From positions 1 through 46,430 of the forward strand of contig JAUVHW010000002.1 in NCBI GenBank assembly GCA_030593075.1: a stretch of DNA of 46,430 bases. Direction: 5' to 3'. A program made the translations under genes and the position numbers. This document shows, piece by piece, positions 45,141-46,430 of the stretch (position 1 is its first letter; each line of letters starts with the position of its first letter). The notes below the pieces were generated by a model, which was given only the letters and a program-made list of their open reading frames with translations, made no database searches and was not told the origin of the DNA. This DNA comes from Ardenticatenales bacterium (GTDB lineage: Bacteria > Chloroflexota > Anaerolineae > Promineifilales > UBA4811).

Positions 45141-45441
45141 CAAATCAGATCGGAGAGGACAGACCCAGGTGGGCGTGCTCTATTGCCAGAGGGGGTAGTC
45201 ATGCGGTGCGAGCCCTGACCGAGAAACCCGCACTGCCTTCACCGACAAGGTAGCAAACCTGACCTCAATGCGTTGCCTGTCTGCATCCATCGCCCCCTTG
45301 AGTTGTGGGGGCGTGTCCGAGGCACTGCTCTGGGTGAGTACAGCGGGGCATTCTGGAACCCGGTCCAAGCGCCCCGCGGCTTCGCGCTAGAGAGAGGGAG
45401 CGTCGTTTCCCGTTACTTGGGACTTGGGCAGGATCGCGGAA

Positions 45442-46430
45442 ATGAGCCAATCAAGTGAGCCGAAGCGAATTCAGGCGGAGCTCGCGGAACAGCGGGACAG
45501 CTTGGCCGCGCTGTACCAGCGGGCATTGCAGGAGACCCTGTTCACCAGCCATAGCGAGCTTCGACCCGCCAGTTTGAGGCCCATTGCAGCCGCCGAGGCC
45601 GAGTCCGTCCTTGAGTTCCTCCAGGAAGCCGATGGGCCGCGGGCTCGCCAGCGGGGGAGCCAGCTCTGCCAGGCTGGTCTGGGAGACGACGCTGTCCTGG
45701 GCCTGCATCGGGCCACCCGCGAGTTCCTTCTGGCCCACCTGCCGGAGGACCTGAGCCTGCCGGCCGTCGATCTCGCGGAAGCCTACCACAGTTCGGTCAT
45801 GCAGGGCTTCATCCAGGCCCGCACCGAGGTCGTGCTGGGGGAGCAGGAGCGCATCCGCACTGCGCTTCAGCGAGCCCTGAGTCGCTTCTCCGTGCAGATG
45901 GAGGTCGCCGCCGACATCGCCAAGGTCGCCACCTCCACCCTGGACCTGGAGGAGCTCCTCAAGACATCGGTCGAGCTGATCCGCGAGAGGTTCGTATTCC
46001 CCTACGTAGGCCTTTTCCTGGCGGACGAGGGTGGGAAATGGGCGGTCCTGCGGGCACAGAGCGGAGAGGCGGGCCAGGAGACGTGGGCGCTGGGACACAG
46101 GCTCGAGGTCGGCGGAAGCTCGCTCGTTGGATTGTGCGTGGCTCACGAGCAGCTGCGCGTTGGCCCAGGCGTAGATGCCCAGGCGGTCCCATCTGACAAC
46201 CCGCTCCTGCAGCGCGTCGGCTCAGAAGTTGCTCTGCCCCTGTCCACGCGGGGCAGCGTCATAGGTGCTATGACCGTCCAGAGCCATCGCCCGACCCCCC
46301 TTTCGCAGCAGGACGTGACAGTGCTGCGCATACTCAGCGACCAATTGGCCAACGCGATCCGAAACGTCCGCCTGTTGGAGAGGGTCCGCGAGCAGGTCGA
46401 GCGCGTCAATCGGATAATGGACGCCGTGCC
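45442..46430 (+). CDS. GAF-domain sensory protein, N-terminal part; 3' end outside the window
   Basis: Found by manual translation; it is absent from the ORF track because no stop lies inside the window. The frame is open from the ATG at 45442 to the window end (MSQSSEPKRIQAELAEQRDSLAALYQRAL...). GAF-like block: LDLEELLKTSVELIRERFVFPYVGLFLADEGGKWAVLRAQSG...ALPLSTRGSVIGAMTVQS...LSDQLANAIRNVRLLE. Confidence 0.7.
   Translation, partial: MSQSSEPKRIQAELAEQRDSLAALYQRALQETLFTSHSELRPASLRPIAAAEAESVLEFLQEADGPRARQRGSQLCQAGLGDDAVLGLHRATREFLLAHLPEDLSLPAVDLAEAYHSSVMQGFIQARTEVVLGEQERIRTALQRALSRFSVQMEVAADIAKVATSTLDLEELLKTSVELIRERFVFPYVGLFLADEGGKWAVLRAQSGEAGQETWALGHRLEVGGSSLVGLCVAHEQLRVGPGVDAQAVPSDNPLLQRVGSEVALPLSTRGSVIGAMTVQSHRPTPLSQQDVTVLRILSDQLANAIRNVRLLERVREQVERVNRIMDAV

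Noticed and set aside
45451-46146. 231-aa minus-strand ORF
   Set aside because: It is antisense to a plus-strand frame that is open to the window end and shows clear GAF-domain sequence. The minus-strand translation is low-complexity and Arg/Gly/Leu-rich, typical of a high-GC shadow ORF.

Overview
GC-rich bacterial chromosomal segment. Gene content, Pro/Thr-rich linkers in secreted proteins and a T-box-like leader suggest a Chloroflexota-like organism, but this is inference only. I could run no searches, so every family call rests on motifs read in the ORF translations and recalled from memory. The first ~28 kb is mostly housekeeping: a radical SAM fragment, a UDG-like gene, metG behind an attenuator-type leader, a GT39-like membrane glycosyltransferase, etfBA, a Ser/Thr kinase, queA, der, a TPR-cdaA-cdaR operon, argF and polA. 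It also holds two unexplained non-coding repeat structures. The main accessory system lies at ~28.2-36.9 kb. It is a bacterial microcompartment (metabolosome) locus: a 10-gene plus-strand operon (rpiB-like, deoC, CcmP-like BMC-T, BMC-H, BMC-P, acylating aldehyde dehydrogenase, PduT-like BMC-T, GNAT, BMC-P, BMC-P) followed by a divergent tpiA / class II aldolase pair. It resembles the bioinformatically defined but experimentally uncharacterised sugar-phosphate-utilisation (SPU) BMC class. Three things stand out in it: a ~39-aa N-terminal module shared by the RpiB-like enzyme and the class II aldolase, encapsulation-peptide-like helices on three enzymes, and a GNAT gene translationally coupled inside the shell-gene block. 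Downstream is a sensory cluster of two REC-GAF-PAS histidine kinases and a REC-Roadblock-like regulator, then a PF04672-like methyltransferase and a GAF protein that runs off the window. Many long ORFs in the six-frame track are antisense shadow ORFs typical of high-GC DNA and were not called.
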